DNA from: a virus
Taxonomy: Duplodnaviria > Caudoviricetes
DNA: 48,074 nucleotides
Reading direction: 5' to 3' (one strand)
IMG/VR virus record: IMGVR_UViG_3300020161_002351
Coordinates: 1-48,074 of that record
The notes beneath the pieces were generated by a model, which did no database searches, had not been told where the DNA came from, and saw only the letters and a list, made by a program, of their open reading frames with translations. Made by a program: the position numbers and the translations under genes. Below are positions 8,609-18,094 of the stretch, one piece after another. Each line of letters begins with the position of its first letter. Position 1 is the stretch's first letter.

Positions 8609-8777
8609 GATTGTCCCTTCCTCCATACGTGAAGGTTTCATCCAACACATATGGAATTTTCGGGAGTTGGTACTAACTAACCAACGAGCAATGCCGACAT
8701 AGCGACAGTTCGCCTACCCCATGCGTGACTATTGTCTCGCATCTGGTGGTACCCTACAGATAATGGTCTGCTAGCCA

Positions 8778-8806
8778 AGGTAGTTTAACGACGTGCCTAG
8801 GTCGTT
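8778..8806 (-). repeat. intergenic pseudoknot repeat, copy 6
   Basis: AACGAC-CU-AGGCA-C-GUCGUU-AAAC-UACCU; one mismatch in stem 2. Confidence 0.75.
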
Positions 8807-8815
8807 GATAGCTAA

Positions 8816-9391
8816 TTAGCTAGCTATCTTGTATACGCACTTGGTAATGTTAATACCATTGTGCTCTAGTATCCACTGGCGTGAGTACTCAGAAATGCGC
8901 TCATTTTGCATCATTTCTCTGTACTGCCATGATCCTAGTTTTGTCATGGTGCTTACCTGTATCTCACCTCGGTTACCTGATACGTAATTCAGCCAAATTA
9001 CAGTACCATTCTCCTTAGCGTATACGTAGTATGCACCATTGCCAAACAGCACACGATTAGCCATAGCAGCCTCTACCAATTGAGCAATGAAGTACTCCAT
9101 TGAACTACCAGTATGTGTGGCGTCATAGCTCTCTGTATGTGCTGTACGTAGGAAGTCACGTAGGCTAGATACTACATGGGTATCACTGTGCATGGTACCC
9201 TCATAATGAGGCACCTCAGTCACTGTGTTATTTATGGTATCTATGACTATCTTCCTACCCCATTCATTGATGTACCATAGGGCACCATTACCGTAGTAAT
9301 AGCGTCCCTCTAGTGCAGCAGAGATTACCCGCATGAATAGGTCATATGCTGTATCTGACAGCACATGTTTGTTGGTTGTGTAAGTAGCCAA
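8816..9391 (-). CDS. hypothetical protein with internal tandem duplication; first gene of the leftward block
   Basis: AAGGAGG RBS + TTG start; AALEGRYYYGNGALWY resembles AAMANRVLFGNGAYYV. Confidence 0.7.
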   Translation of the reverse strand: MATYTTNKHVLSDTAYDLFMRVISAALEGRYYYGNGALWYINEWGRKIVIDTINNTVTEVPHYEGTMHSDTHVVSSLRDFLRTAHTESYDATHTGSSMEYFIAQLVEAAMANRVLFGNGAYYVYAKENGTVIWLNYVSGNRGEIQVSTMTKLGSWQYREMMQNERISEYSRQWILEHNGINITKCVYKIAS

Positions 9392-9513
9392 GTAAGGCCC
9401 TCCTTAGTACACACTATTAAGGCTTGTGTGTCTCCTAGTTTACTTATTTTACTTGGGTTAACCAATAACCAAGGATCACAGACATTTAATGTCGATCTGA
9501 TGAGACATATTAA

Positions 9514-9525
9514 GGGGTATACCCC
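9514..9525. other. 12-bp palindrome GGGGTATACCCC at the strand switch
   Basis: seen directly in the divergent intergenic region. Confidence 0.5.
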
Positions 9526-9750
9526 CGTGGGCGCGTTAAAGATATTTAAAGTATCTATACTACCCTTAGTACCATCTCACTATTTTCTAGTATTTTCATA
9601 ACCTTAGAGTTTTATACATGTTTATAGAACTCGGTTCGCCCTCAAAAAAATTTCTCTAAAAAATCCCTAATAGGAGTTGTTTTTGTGATACACACCTGCT
9701 AGTGTGATTCGCACATGATACAAACCATACAAACCAAGGAGAATAACATC

Positions 9751-9921
9751 ATGTCAGACATACACAATTACTCAATGCCAATAGAAGATATGGCTAGAAT
9801 AGAAACGCCCGAAGAAATGAAAGAGTTTCTAGAGTCCTACGATATGGGGTCTTTTGACCTAGATGATAAAAGATATGACTACGATATGGACAACTACGAA
9901 TACGACTCATACAACTACTAA
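9751..9921 (+). CDS. small acidic Asp/Tyr-rich protein
   Basis: AAGGAG RBS before ATG 9751; tail YDYDMDNYEYDSYNY. Confidence 0.6.
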   Translation: MSDIHNYSMPIEDMARIETPEEMKEFLESYDMGSFDLDDKRYDYDMDNYEYDSYNY

Positions 9922-9972
9922 TATCTTATTATTATTTTAATATCAAGCTCAACAAAAGAAAGACAACTACAA

Positions 9973-10527
9973 ATGGAAATAACAATGCCTAATAACTTAG
10001 TGATATGTTCAGATAAGTTCCTGAGAACAAAAGCTCCATGGAAGATAGATGATAGCTTAATGGGTCAGCTCAAACACGACCACATGGTAGCTACCTTTGA
10101 TTCATCTCTCTATGGTGGTGATTATGATCAGTTACGTAAAGACATAGTTAAACCTATAAAAAAGATCATCAGCAAGTACGACTTTGATCACATTGTGTTC
10201 ATTGGCATTGGCGACGACTGTCAACTAGCTAGTTCTTTATATGTTAGCAATGGTATTGAGTTAGACACAGTATTCCTAGTCAATAACCCATTCGATACAA
10301 AGCTATATAATTCAATCTTTGCGCAGTGTGCAATCTACAATTTATATACCAAGCCAGATCTATTCAATACATACTTTGAAGGAGCAGAGGCTAATCAGTA
10401 CATTAAGACGCGCATACCAGCTCACATGTCCAATAGAGTGGCTTTAGAGATCAGTGGCTTGTTAATGTATGATAGATACTGTGTAGATTACTTCACACCA
10501 GTAGAGTCACAATTAGTAACTCTCTAG
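9973..10527 (+). CDS. hypothetical protein, possibly a degenerate alpha/beta-hydrolase fold
   Basis: 184 aa; HIVFIGIGDDCQLA resembles a nucleophile elbow but lacks the Ser. Confidence 0.55.
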   Translation: MEITMPNNLVICSDKFLRTKAPWKIDDSLMGQLKHDHMVATFDSSLYGGDYDQLRKDIVKPIKKIISKYDFDHIVFIGIGDDCQLASSLYVSNGIELDTVFLVNNPFDTKLYNSIFAQCAIYNLYTKPDLFNTYFEGAEANQYIKTRIPAHMSNRVALEISGLLMYDRYCVDYFTPVESQLVTL

Positions 10528-10814
10528 TCGAAGTCGTTCTTATTAAACTGTAGAACGTTAGGCAAACTTACATCCATACCGCGGACCACCTCTTCAGGAG
10601 ACTGAGAGGTGAGTTCGCTTATATCACATACCATCATCCACTGATCTTTGGTAAACACCGTCATGGTATAGATCTCATCATCATCAGTATGAACTGTGAC
10701 TATAACGTCTTCTAGTGTGTCATCAGTTTCAAACTCAAAGTCAGGCATTGGTTCTTGAGCGTATTTACGCCCTTCTAAAAACTTCTGTATCATCTTAAAG
10801 AAGAAATCCATCAT
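10524..10814 (-). CDS. hypothetical protein
   Basis: 96 aa acidic ORF. Confidence 0.6.
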   Translation of the reverse strand: MMDFFFKMIQKFLEGRKYAQEPMPDFEFETDDTLEDVIVTVHTDDDEIYTMTVFTKDQWMMVCDISELTSQSPEEVVRGMDVSLPNVLQFNKNDFD

Positions 10815-10901
10815 AGAGACCTACTTTGATATTTTAAAAAAAATAAATGAAATTTTTGGCGGCGGACGACTTCTTCAATAGTACTTCAAAAAGAAGTAAG
10901 A

Positions 10902-11189
10902 TCAATCATTCCTATCACGCTTATACAGATAAACATCATCAAGCATCAAATCGATAGCGTCAGCCAAAGAGTTGAGACGAGCTTCCAATTTATCTATATC
11001 AAAACCAGTCTTTTCCTTGGGCTTAGGTTCAATACGTCTTTTAGCAATTTTTGGTTCATATACGGTTCTGTGTTCAGATATCATGTCCAATAGGTGATTG
11101 ACATCATGATCTTTCTGAATACGATTCCAAGCTTCTGTATTACTCCAGTTTTCGAAATCTTTCCACATGTCTTCAAAATCTTTACTCAT
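10902..11189 (-). CDS. hypothetical protein
   Basis: 95 aa ORF with GGAG RBS; overlaps the upstream zinc-ribbon gene. Confidence 0.6.
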   Translation of the reverse strand: MSKDFEDMWKDFENWSNTEAWNRIQKDHDVNHLLDMISEHRTVYEPKIAKRRIEPKPKEKTGFDIDKLEARLNSLADAIDLMLDDVYLYKRDRND

Positions 11190-11346
11190 CTACTAACTCC
11201 GTCCACTTTTCTCCGCATTCACGGCATTCGATTCCATACTTGGGTTGTGTGTCATGTTTTTTGGTTAGGTTATTTATTATAACATTCATTGGAACTGGAC
11301 ATTCTGAACACGGTTCCAAACTAATTGGTATTCTAAAGTTTGACAT
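11182..11346 (-). CDS. 54-aa zinc-ribbon protein (not in ORF track)
   Basis: manual translation MSNFRIPISLEPCSECPVP...YGIECRECGEKWTELVDE*. Confidence 0.65.
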   Translation of the reverse strand: MSNFRIPISLEPCSECPVPMNVIINNLTKKHDTQPKYGIECRECGEKWTELVDE

Positions 11347-11413
11347 TTTACCTATAACTCTTATTGCTTATCATAGTTACCTATTATACTACAACAAATG
11401 ACGTAGATAACGT

Positions 11414-13304
11414 TTAAAGATCAGATTCGTATGGTTTAACAATAATTCCTAATTTATCGGCAGCTTCTTTATTTATATTTGTTTTTACGCCTTGATACCT
11501 TAAACCGCTAATCGTGTTATTATCATAAAAAGAAGCTGCCCAGTTTTGACTAACTGATGCTATAGCACCTGCTCCTAAAGGTCTGCTGTCAATTTCTGAA
11601 CGATCATAAAATTGAAAAAGATCAAAGGCTGATGATGTAGTCCCATCATGAGTTCCGACTGTAACACCATACTTTCCAGCGGCAACTCTTTTTAAGGCTG
11701 TACCAAGGTGTCTTTCTGAAGCTTCTTGAGTTGGACCAGCAGACATGTTAAATTTAAGTTTTTTAAATTTTTCTCTATCCGCCCCAAGAGAAACAGCAGT
11801 ATCTTCAATGGTGGTTTCAACTCCATCTGCAGCCCATCCTTTACCTTCAGCTCTTGTGATAATTTTAAATTTACCTTTTGGAATCATTAAAGGTTTTCCT
11901 GGAGCAGGAGTCATAAAGACATCAAATGGAGCCAAATTATCTAGTGCCTTAGGGTTTGCAGCTACTGCATCATCTAGACTAAACATTGCAGCATGTGCGG
12001 CTGGTACAATTCTTCCCGTAACCATTCCAGCGTTATTTACTACGTCATCTACCGGACCTTGAAGCCCGAGGTGAATTGTTCTTCTAAAAACTCTTCCTTC
12101 AGGGTCTTCTGCCGTCAAGTCAGCTGCCACATCTGGAAATCCAGTATTTTGTGCCCTTTCTCTTGTATTTTGTAATCCGCTTTCTGTCATTTGGAAATCA
12201 CCAGCTGGACGGATAAGAAGATTTCCATCTGCATCAAATTCAAAACCACCTCTTTCTACTGGTTTTTCATGAAACAAAAATAAATTACTGGTATCAGTTT
12301 GTGTGACATCAGGTGCGTAAAATCCGGCGTCAGTAGCAGTTGCAATGGAGTCATCAATTTCTTTTCCCATATTTGCCGCGTAGATCTCTGGGTTATTAGT
12401 GCTTTTTGGTCTTTTAACTAACGGGTCTATCAAAGTGCCGCCATCTGGTCTCATGTCTGAAGGAAGTTCGTATAACTTTGCTCTTTCTGCTGCTACTCGT
12501 TGTCTTCCAATTTCAACCATTTTTTGAAACTCCGCCATTGCAGTATCATCTCCGCGTGATCCAGAGTAGAGAAGAGCACTTACTTGAGACGCATTGTGAG
12601 TACCTGCTGCGATTCCACTAGTGTCTGACGCTTGTTCTGTAGCCGCTAATGCATGAGCAAAGTCATTTGCTATTTGTTGACCTTCTTCACTCTGTCTTGA
12701 TAAACCGGTAATATCAAATGGAGAGATTGGGATTATTTCAGGCATGTCTTTAATTTGCTCTACGACATCTCTTCTAGATGGGCTACCAAACGCAATACGT
12801 CTTGTTTTTCCACCTTCGTCAATATCAAATATATCTAACCCATGAAATGTTTCAGTTAGATTGACAGTTCCACCATCATAACTAGCCTCACCAATTTGCT
12901 GAACATTAAATTTTAATGTACCTGACTTTGCTGTATTTAATGATCCAGGCTTTAACGTTCTAGGAATTTCCGACAATGAACGATAACCACCGGCAGTTTC
13001 TCTAGCTACAGTACTTGAATGCAATATCCCGTCTACCATCTTCTAGTCCAGGGAAAAGTACTCTTGGTTGAGGAACAGCTCTTGTTGCAGTACTAGCTAC
13101 AGCTCTGGCTGCTGATTGAGTCTCAGGCATAACTGCTTGAATAGCCTTTGGTGCAGCTGCTACTTTTGGTGCAATAGCTCTTGCAGCTGGGCGCGCAGAA
13201 GCAAGTCTTCTTACCGTACTTGGATCAATGGCAGTTCTTCTGGTACGACCAATTGCTGTACCAGCATCAACGGCTGCCTGCATGAATCTTCCAGCAAATC
13301 TCAT
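11414..13304 (-). CDS. probable late protein of about 629 aa, interrupted by a +1 frameshift at in-frame CGG (13031)
   Basis: track ORFs 13002-13304 and 11414-13039 join by skipping the C of AGA-C-GGG; TACTATAT motif immediately upstream; basic Ala/Arg-rich N-terminus. Confidence 0.55.
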
Positions 13305-13309
13305 AAAAT

Positions 13310-13317
13310 ATATAGTA
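13310..13317 (-). promoter_or_regulatory. putative late promoter motif TACTATAT
   Basis: same octamer precedes the genes at 16409, 30522, 33338 and 45067. Confidence 0.55.
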
Positions 13318-13336
13318 CACCTAAAATGGGTATATA

Positions 13337-14323
13337 TTAATTTGAAATAGCTTTAATCTTCTCTTTCATATCGAGAAAAGTATCTTCATTCTCTCTAAGA
13401 TGATTAATGGCATTTTCTCTACCTTGAGCAAAGAGTTCACCATTGTAATAAATCCATGCTCCCTTTTGAGTCAAGATCCCAGCATCAAGTGCAACATCTA
13501 AAACACAACCATGTTCATCGATGCCCTTGCCATAAAGAATGGAAAACTCAGTTACTTTCATAGGTGGTGCCATCTTATTTTTAATAATCTTAACCTTAGA
13601 TACAATACCTACTGAGTTGCCGGCCTTATCTTTGATATCTTCTCTTTTCCTAATATCAATACGAACAGATGCAGCATACTTTAGTGCCATACCACCTGGA
13701 GTGGTTTCTGGGTTACCAAACATCACACCAATCTTGTTTCTAAGCTGATTTATAAACACTAGGAGCGTCTTGTGGGTATTTGCCTGTCCAACTAGCTTTC
13801 TCATGGCTTTGGCCATCATACGAGCTTGTAGACCCATCTGAGCCGATTCCATGTCACCCTCTAGCTCTGCTTTTGGAATTAAGCTTGCAACTGAGTCAAT
13901 AATGATAACTCCAAGCTCTCCTGTAGCAACTAGCTTGTCTACGATCTCTAATGCTTGCTCACCGTAGTCTGGCTGGGTAAAGACTAATTCATCTACATCC
14001 ACTCCAACAGCCTTCATATAAACTGGGTCCAATGCATGTTCTGCATCTACGTACGCGCACGTAATACCAAGCTTTTGTGCTTGAGCTACGATAGATAAAG
14101 CAAGTGTTGATTTACCAGAAGACTCTGGTCCATAGATCTCAACTATTCTACCTCTTGGTAATCCGCCAATTCCAAGTATTCTATCAAGTGATAGAGCACC
14201 AGTTGGGATTGATGGCCACGGTTCAAAGTCTGATGAACCCAATTTCATTACCGAGCCGGCACCATATTGTCTATCTATTTGAGCTATGGCCAACTCAAGT
14301 TGTTTTGATATTCCTTCAGTCAT
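13337..14323 (-). CDS. recA: RecA recombinase
   Basis: GGLPRGRIVEIYGPESSGKST, DAEHALDP, QARMMAKAMRK, INQLRNKIGVMFGNPETTPGG. Confidence 0.97.
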   Translation of the reverse strand: MTEGISKQLELAIAQIDRQYGAGSVMKLGSSDFEPWPSIPTGALSLDRILGIGGLPRGRIVEIYGPESSGKSTLALSIVAQAQKLGITCAYVDAEHALDPVYMKAVGVDVDELVFTQPDYGEQALEIVDKLVATGELGVIIIDSVASLIPKAELEGDMESAQMGLQARMMAKAMRKLVGQANTHKTLLVFINQLRNKIGVMFGNPETTPGGMALKYAASVRIDIRKREDIKDKAGNSVGIVSKVKIIKNKMAPPMKVTEFSILYGKGIDEHGCVLDVALDAGILTQKGAWIYYNGELFAQGRENAINHLRENEDTFLDMKEKIKAISN

Positions 14324-14329
14324 AGCTAT

Positions 14330-14338
14330 AGTTTATCA
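14330..14338 (-). promoter_or_regulatory. extended -10 promoter; probably a leaderless recA mRNA
   Basis: TGATAAACT ends 6 nt before the ATG, with no RBS. Confidence 0.5.
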
Positions 14339-14345
14339 CTTTCCA

Positions 14346-14519
14346 CTAGTGTAAATCAAGCTTCTGCTCAATTGTTTTTATTTTATCTACTACGTTTTGT
14401 TTTATCTGCAAAAACTGTCGTCTTGTTTGTGGATCAGAACCAAGTAATGCATCTGACACTTTATTCAAAAGGGTATATAAATTTTTTAACTCTTTATTGT
14501 TTGTGTTAACTCTATACAT
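14346..14519 (-). CDS. 57-aa hypothetical protein (not in ORF track)
   Basis: GAGG RBS; MYRVNTNNKELKNLY...EQKLDLH*. Confidence 0.5.
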   Translation of the reverse strand: MYRVNTNNKELKNLYTLLNKVSDALLGSDPQTRRQFLQIKQNVVDKIKTIEQKLDLH

Positions 14520-14549
14520 CTTTTCCTCAAAGGTATCGTGATATAATGA

Positions 14550-14735
14550 ATGCGCAAAGTATACACCATAAACGGAGAAGTGATGAATAGAAAAATAGAC
14601 TTAAACCCTGACTACATCAGAGCTGTGCACCTACTAGAGAACAAGATTAAGAACCCATTTGATTTAATTAAACTTTGGTCGATTTTTGGCCCTTGTATAG
14701 AAAATCATCCTGACATCGAAAATATTCGCAGATAA
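14550..14735 (+). CDS. small hypothetical protein
   Basis: TGATATAAT at 14539-14547; true start probably about 14580, after GGAG. Confidence 0.5.
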   Translation: MRKVYTINGEVMNRKIDLNPDYIRAVHLLENKIKNPFDLIKLWSIFGPCIENHPDIENIRR

Positions 14736-14902
14736 CTTGACAACGATTTGACAGTGTGTGTATACTGGGTATACGAGAGCTCTAGCCAAAAGAATACGCT
14801 AAAGTCTTATTATATTATGTGTATGCATACACTGTCTTAAATCTAACCAAAGTAGTATTTTCTAATTACTATTAGGTAAGGTTAAAAAGAATTGAGGACA
14901 GC

Positions 14903-16369
14903 ATGAAGATATATCAGATATATGTTCCTGAACTTGCAGCATATGCAAAATTTAAAGTCCTTGAACCAGAAAGTTTAGAAGACTTTATTTCTGAGTATAA
15001 AAAAGAGAATAAGAAGATAGATATTCTTTCTTTTAGAAAAAAGGTAATTGAAACTTTTGTTTTTAACTTAAAGTCAGATATTACAGACGCATTGCGCTTA
15101 ATGACTAAACAAGCTGCGCAGGCATGTTTAGATTCTCTTTTTACTGGGTGCATTATGCTAAATCCCGGTTTAGATATTGATATGTGGCTAAATATAGCTT
15201 ACACGGGAGTGCCAGAGGATATGGATCCAATGGATCTAGATGACGACATTTCCTCAGCATTTTTAAACTCATTAAAGAACATGCGTTCTAAGTTTCCAAA
15301 ACTAGATGCTGAAGATTACCCATTTGATACTAAGGGTAAAACAAAACCTAAGATTAAGCAAATTTCAAAGCAGAAGTATCTTGGTTTAAAGAATCACCTA
15401 AATTCTAATATTATTGGACAAGATGCCGCAATAGAATCTGTTGTCTCTTCACTCAGAAGGTCACAAGCCGGTTTAAGTGATAATGACAGGCCACTTGGTG
15501 TATTCTTATTTGCTGGATCGTCAGGAGTCGGAAAAACCCATTTAGCAAACGTTTTGCATAAATATTTATTTGGAAGTGACTACCCTATGGTTAGAATTGA
15601 CTGTGGGGAATACCAACATAAGCATGAGAACCAAAAGTTAATTGGTTCCCCTCCAGGATATGTTGGACATGACGAAGGTGGACAATTAGTTAATACTATT
15701 AAACAATTCCCTTCAAGTGTAGTATTACTTGACGAAGTTGAAAAAGCTCACCCAGATCTTTGGAATACATTTTTAAGAGTATTTGATGACGGTGTTTTAA
15801 CAGACTCTAAAGGTGAAGTAGTAGATTTTAAGAATACAATTATTATCATGACTACAAACTTAGGAAATGATAAAACTAGCGAACATCTTCTTGCCGGAGG
15901 AACTGGCTTTAATAAAGATGTTAATTACAAGACTGGCACTAAGAAAATTCCAGAAAGATCGATTCTTGAAAGAAATACAAATGACGGGATTAAAAAACAC
16001 TTTAAACCAGAGTTTTTAAATAGAATTGACAAAGTTGTTATATTTAATTATTTATCTGAATCAGATTGTCAAACGATTGCACAACTAGAAATGTCAATTA
16101 TTGCAGACAAAATGAGAAAAAAGGGTTACTCTTTTGAATATAATCAAAATGTAATTGAAGGCTTGATAGATAAAGGTATAGACAGTATTAAAGGTGCACG
16201 TGGTTTAGCTCAAATAAGAAGAGAACTAATGGAATCTCCACTTGCAGATAGTATGATTAATTCTGTAGTTCCAAGAGGAAGTATATTCCAAATGTACTAT
16301 GAGGATGAGGCTTTTAAATTTAGTATTCAAAAACCTATCAAAAAAACAGGTCTATTAAAAGAAGTTTAA
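14903..16369 (+). CDS. ClpA/ClpB-family AAA+ ATPase with only the second (D2) module
   Basis: FLFAGSSGVGKT, RIDCGEY, LIGSPPGYVG, LLDEVEKAHP, FKPEFLNRID, GARGL. Confidence 0.9.
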   Translation: MKIYQIYVPELAAYAKFKVLEPESLEDFISEYKKENKKIDILSFRKKVIETFVFNLKSDITDALRLMTKQAAQACLDSLFTGCIMLNPGLDIDMWLNIAYTGVPEDMDPMDLDDDISSAFLNSLKNMRSKFPKLDAEDYPFDTKGKTKPKIKQISKQKYLGLKNHLNSNIIGQDAAIESVVSSLRRSQAGLSDNDRPLGVFLFAGSSGVGKTHLANVLHKYLFGSDYPMVRIDCGEYQHKHENQKLIGSPPGYVGHDEGGQLVNTIKQFPSSVVLLDEVEKAHPDLWNTFLRVFDDGVLTDSKGEVVDFKNTIIIMTTNLGNDKTSEHLLAGGTGFNKDVNYKTGTKKIPERSILERNTNDGIKKHFKPEFLNRIDKVVIFNYLSESDCQTIAQLEMSIIADKMRKKGYSFEYNQNVIEGLIDKGIDSIKGARGLAQIRRELMESPLADSMINSVVPRGSIFQMYYEDEAFKFSIQKPIKKTGLLKEV

Positions 16370-16372
16370 CAT

Positions 16373-16380
16373 TACTATAT
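16373..16380 (+). promoter_or_regulatory. putative late promoter motif TACTATAT
   Basis: recurrent intergenic octamer. Confidence 0.55.
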
Positions 16381-16408
16381 AGATACAATATTCGTTTAGG
16401 GGTAATAA

Positions 16409-16612
16409 ATGAGAGATTTTGGGATAGCTAAAAGAATTTCTTCAATGCCGGCATCATATAGATCACTAGGCGCAAGAGGTTTTGCTAAGGCACATTCTAA
16501 GAAAATAGGCATGGGAGCTGGAGCAGTTGCAATGGGTAGAGCTACAATTGGCGGTAGAAGGTCTGGCTTAGATAAAACTCCTGGCAGACCAACAGGCATG
16601 TACAACTACTAA
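16409..16612 (+). CDS. small basic Gly/Ala-rich protein (possible virion core protein)
   Basis: 67 aa, rich in R/K/G/A. Confidence 0.6.
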   Translation: MRDFGIAKRISSMPASYRSLGARGFAKAHSKKIGMGAGAVAMGRATIGGRRSGLDKTPGRPTGMYNY

Positions 16613-16621
16613 GGAGTTAAT

Positions 16622-16921
16622 ATGCCGGCAGGAATAGGTAGAAAATACGCAAACGAAATGTTTGCACGTATCGGTAGTATGACAAAAGCCGGAAGAGCTG
16701 AAATGGCTTTACATGGTCCAATGTTACCATCGATGGTTGCAAAAAGAAAATCTAATATGATAGGTCATGGTAAAAAAGTTGCAACTCGCGCAGGTACAGT
16801 AGGTTTTACTGGAATGGCTGCTCACAATGTTGGTAACTTAAATAATAATTCATCTTATAGACCAACCCGTCAACCGATTAATCCCATATCATCTCCACAA
16901 GGCTCTGGAAGATACGTATAA
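16622..16921 (+). CDS. small basic protein
   Basis: 99 aa ORF with AAGGAG RBS. Confidence 0.65.
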   Translation: MPAGIGRKYANEMFARIGSMTKAGRAEMALHGPMLPSMVAKRKSNMIGHGKKVATRAGTVGFTGMAAHNVGNLNNNSSYRPTRQPINPISSPQGSGRYV

Positions 16922-16939
16922 TACGCTATCATTGATGAT

Positions 16940-17353
16940 ATGAATAATTGGAAAATGTACATAAATGAAAATGATGATTTTGAATTACCCAATTTCCTTT
17001 ATAGAACAATTATGGAGCTAATGAAACAATCATTAGATATGGGAACTCTTTTATCTAGTGATCAACAAAAGTTGAGAGCTTATAAGGAACAAACTAAAAA
17101 ATTGTTTAAAAATAAATGGTATGAAATAGCTAAAGCTCTTGAGGCTTTTTCTATCATAGATCCCTGTGTATGTTCAATGGAAGAAAAAGAAATTTACTGT
17201 GACTTATGCAAGGGCGCAAGGTATCTTATTAATTCTTCTTTGACTCCAGATGAAATGAGAGAAGTTGGATTGATAACCAATGCAGGAACAAACGCAGAAA
17301 TTATAAGTAAATTACAAAAAAGTTTAAATGAAATATTGTCGCAATACCCGTAG
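16940..17353 (+). CDS. hypothetical zinc-binding protein
   Basis: CVC...CDLCKG; TATCAT 7 nt before the ATG (leaderless-like). Confidence 0.65.
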   Translation: MNNWKMYINENDDFELPNFLYRTIMELMKQSLDMGTLLSSDQQKLRAYKEQTKKLFKNKWYEIAKALEAFSIIDPCVCSMEEKEIYCDLCKGARYLINSSLTPDEMREVGLITNAGTNAEIISKLQKSLNEILSQYP

Positions 17354-17364
17354 ATTGGTGAAAA

Positions 17365-18084
17365 ATGTCAGAATTAGAAAAGCCAGATAATAAGAATAAT
17401 TTCATGAAACAGTTTGAGTCTTTAAGGCCAGATTTGTTTTTTCCAGATCATTGGACTGATGATCAAAAAGAAAAAGCAGTAGATTTAATTAGACCGCAAA
17501 AAACCAGAAGTGCAATGTTTTCTTCTATACCAATGAATTGCGAAGCTGAGAAATGCATCTTTGCTTCAACATGCCCTTTAATGAAAGAGAACCTTGCACC
17601 TAAGAATAAACCATGCCCAATAGAAATGTCAATGGTTGCACAGTTCACCGCAGAGTATTTGGAACAATTAGATGTTAATCCAGGTAACCTAGTAGAAGTT
17701 TCGATGGTTAGAGATTTAGTAGACCAAGAAGTTCAATATCTTCGCAAAACAAAACTACTTGCAAAAGAACATTTCATTCAAGAAAATATAATTGGAATTG
17801 ATAGAGATGGTCAACCAATCCTTAAGAAAGAATTGCATCTAGCCGTTGAGTTAGAGGATAAACTTCACAAGAGAAGAAAAGACTTAAGAAATCAACTATT
17901 AGCTACCAGAGAAGCTAAAGCTAAAGTTGGGCAAGTTCAACTTGATACAGCTCAAGCAATTTCTGACATTATAGGTAGAGTTCAAGCTGTAGAGAGTCAA
18001 AGAGAAAAACTTTTAAAGAAAAAGTTGGGCACATCAGAACTCGATGATTACATCATAGATTCTGAGGTAGTTGAAGATAAGTAA
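17365..18084 (+). CDS. Cys-motif + coiled-coil protein, candidate terminase small subunit
   Basis: CEAEKC..STCP..CPIE followed by a helical region; function inferred from size and context only. Confidence 0.4.
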   Translation: MSELEKPDNKNNFMKQFESLRPDLFFPDHWTDDQKEKAVDLIRPQKTRSAMFSSIPMNCEAEKCIFASTCPLMKENLAPKNKPCPIEMSMVAQFTAEYLEQLDVNPGNLVEVSMVRDLVDQEVQYLRKTKLLAKEHFIQENIIGIDRDGQPILKKELHLAVELEDKLHKRRKDLRNQLLATREAKAKVGQVQLDTAQAISDIIGRVQAVESQREKLLKKKLGTSELDDYIIDSEVVEDK

Positions 18085-18094
18085 GGAATAAAAA

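Noticed and set aside
6261-8806. Repeats as a CRISPR array
   Set aside because: Spacing is about 330-930 nt with whole genes in between, the copies covary as RNA structure, and no cas genes are present.
6261-8806. Repeats as promoters, operators or intrinsic terminators
   Set aside because: No -10/-35 match, no dyad symmetry and no U-tract; the variation preserves crossed pairing rather than sequence.
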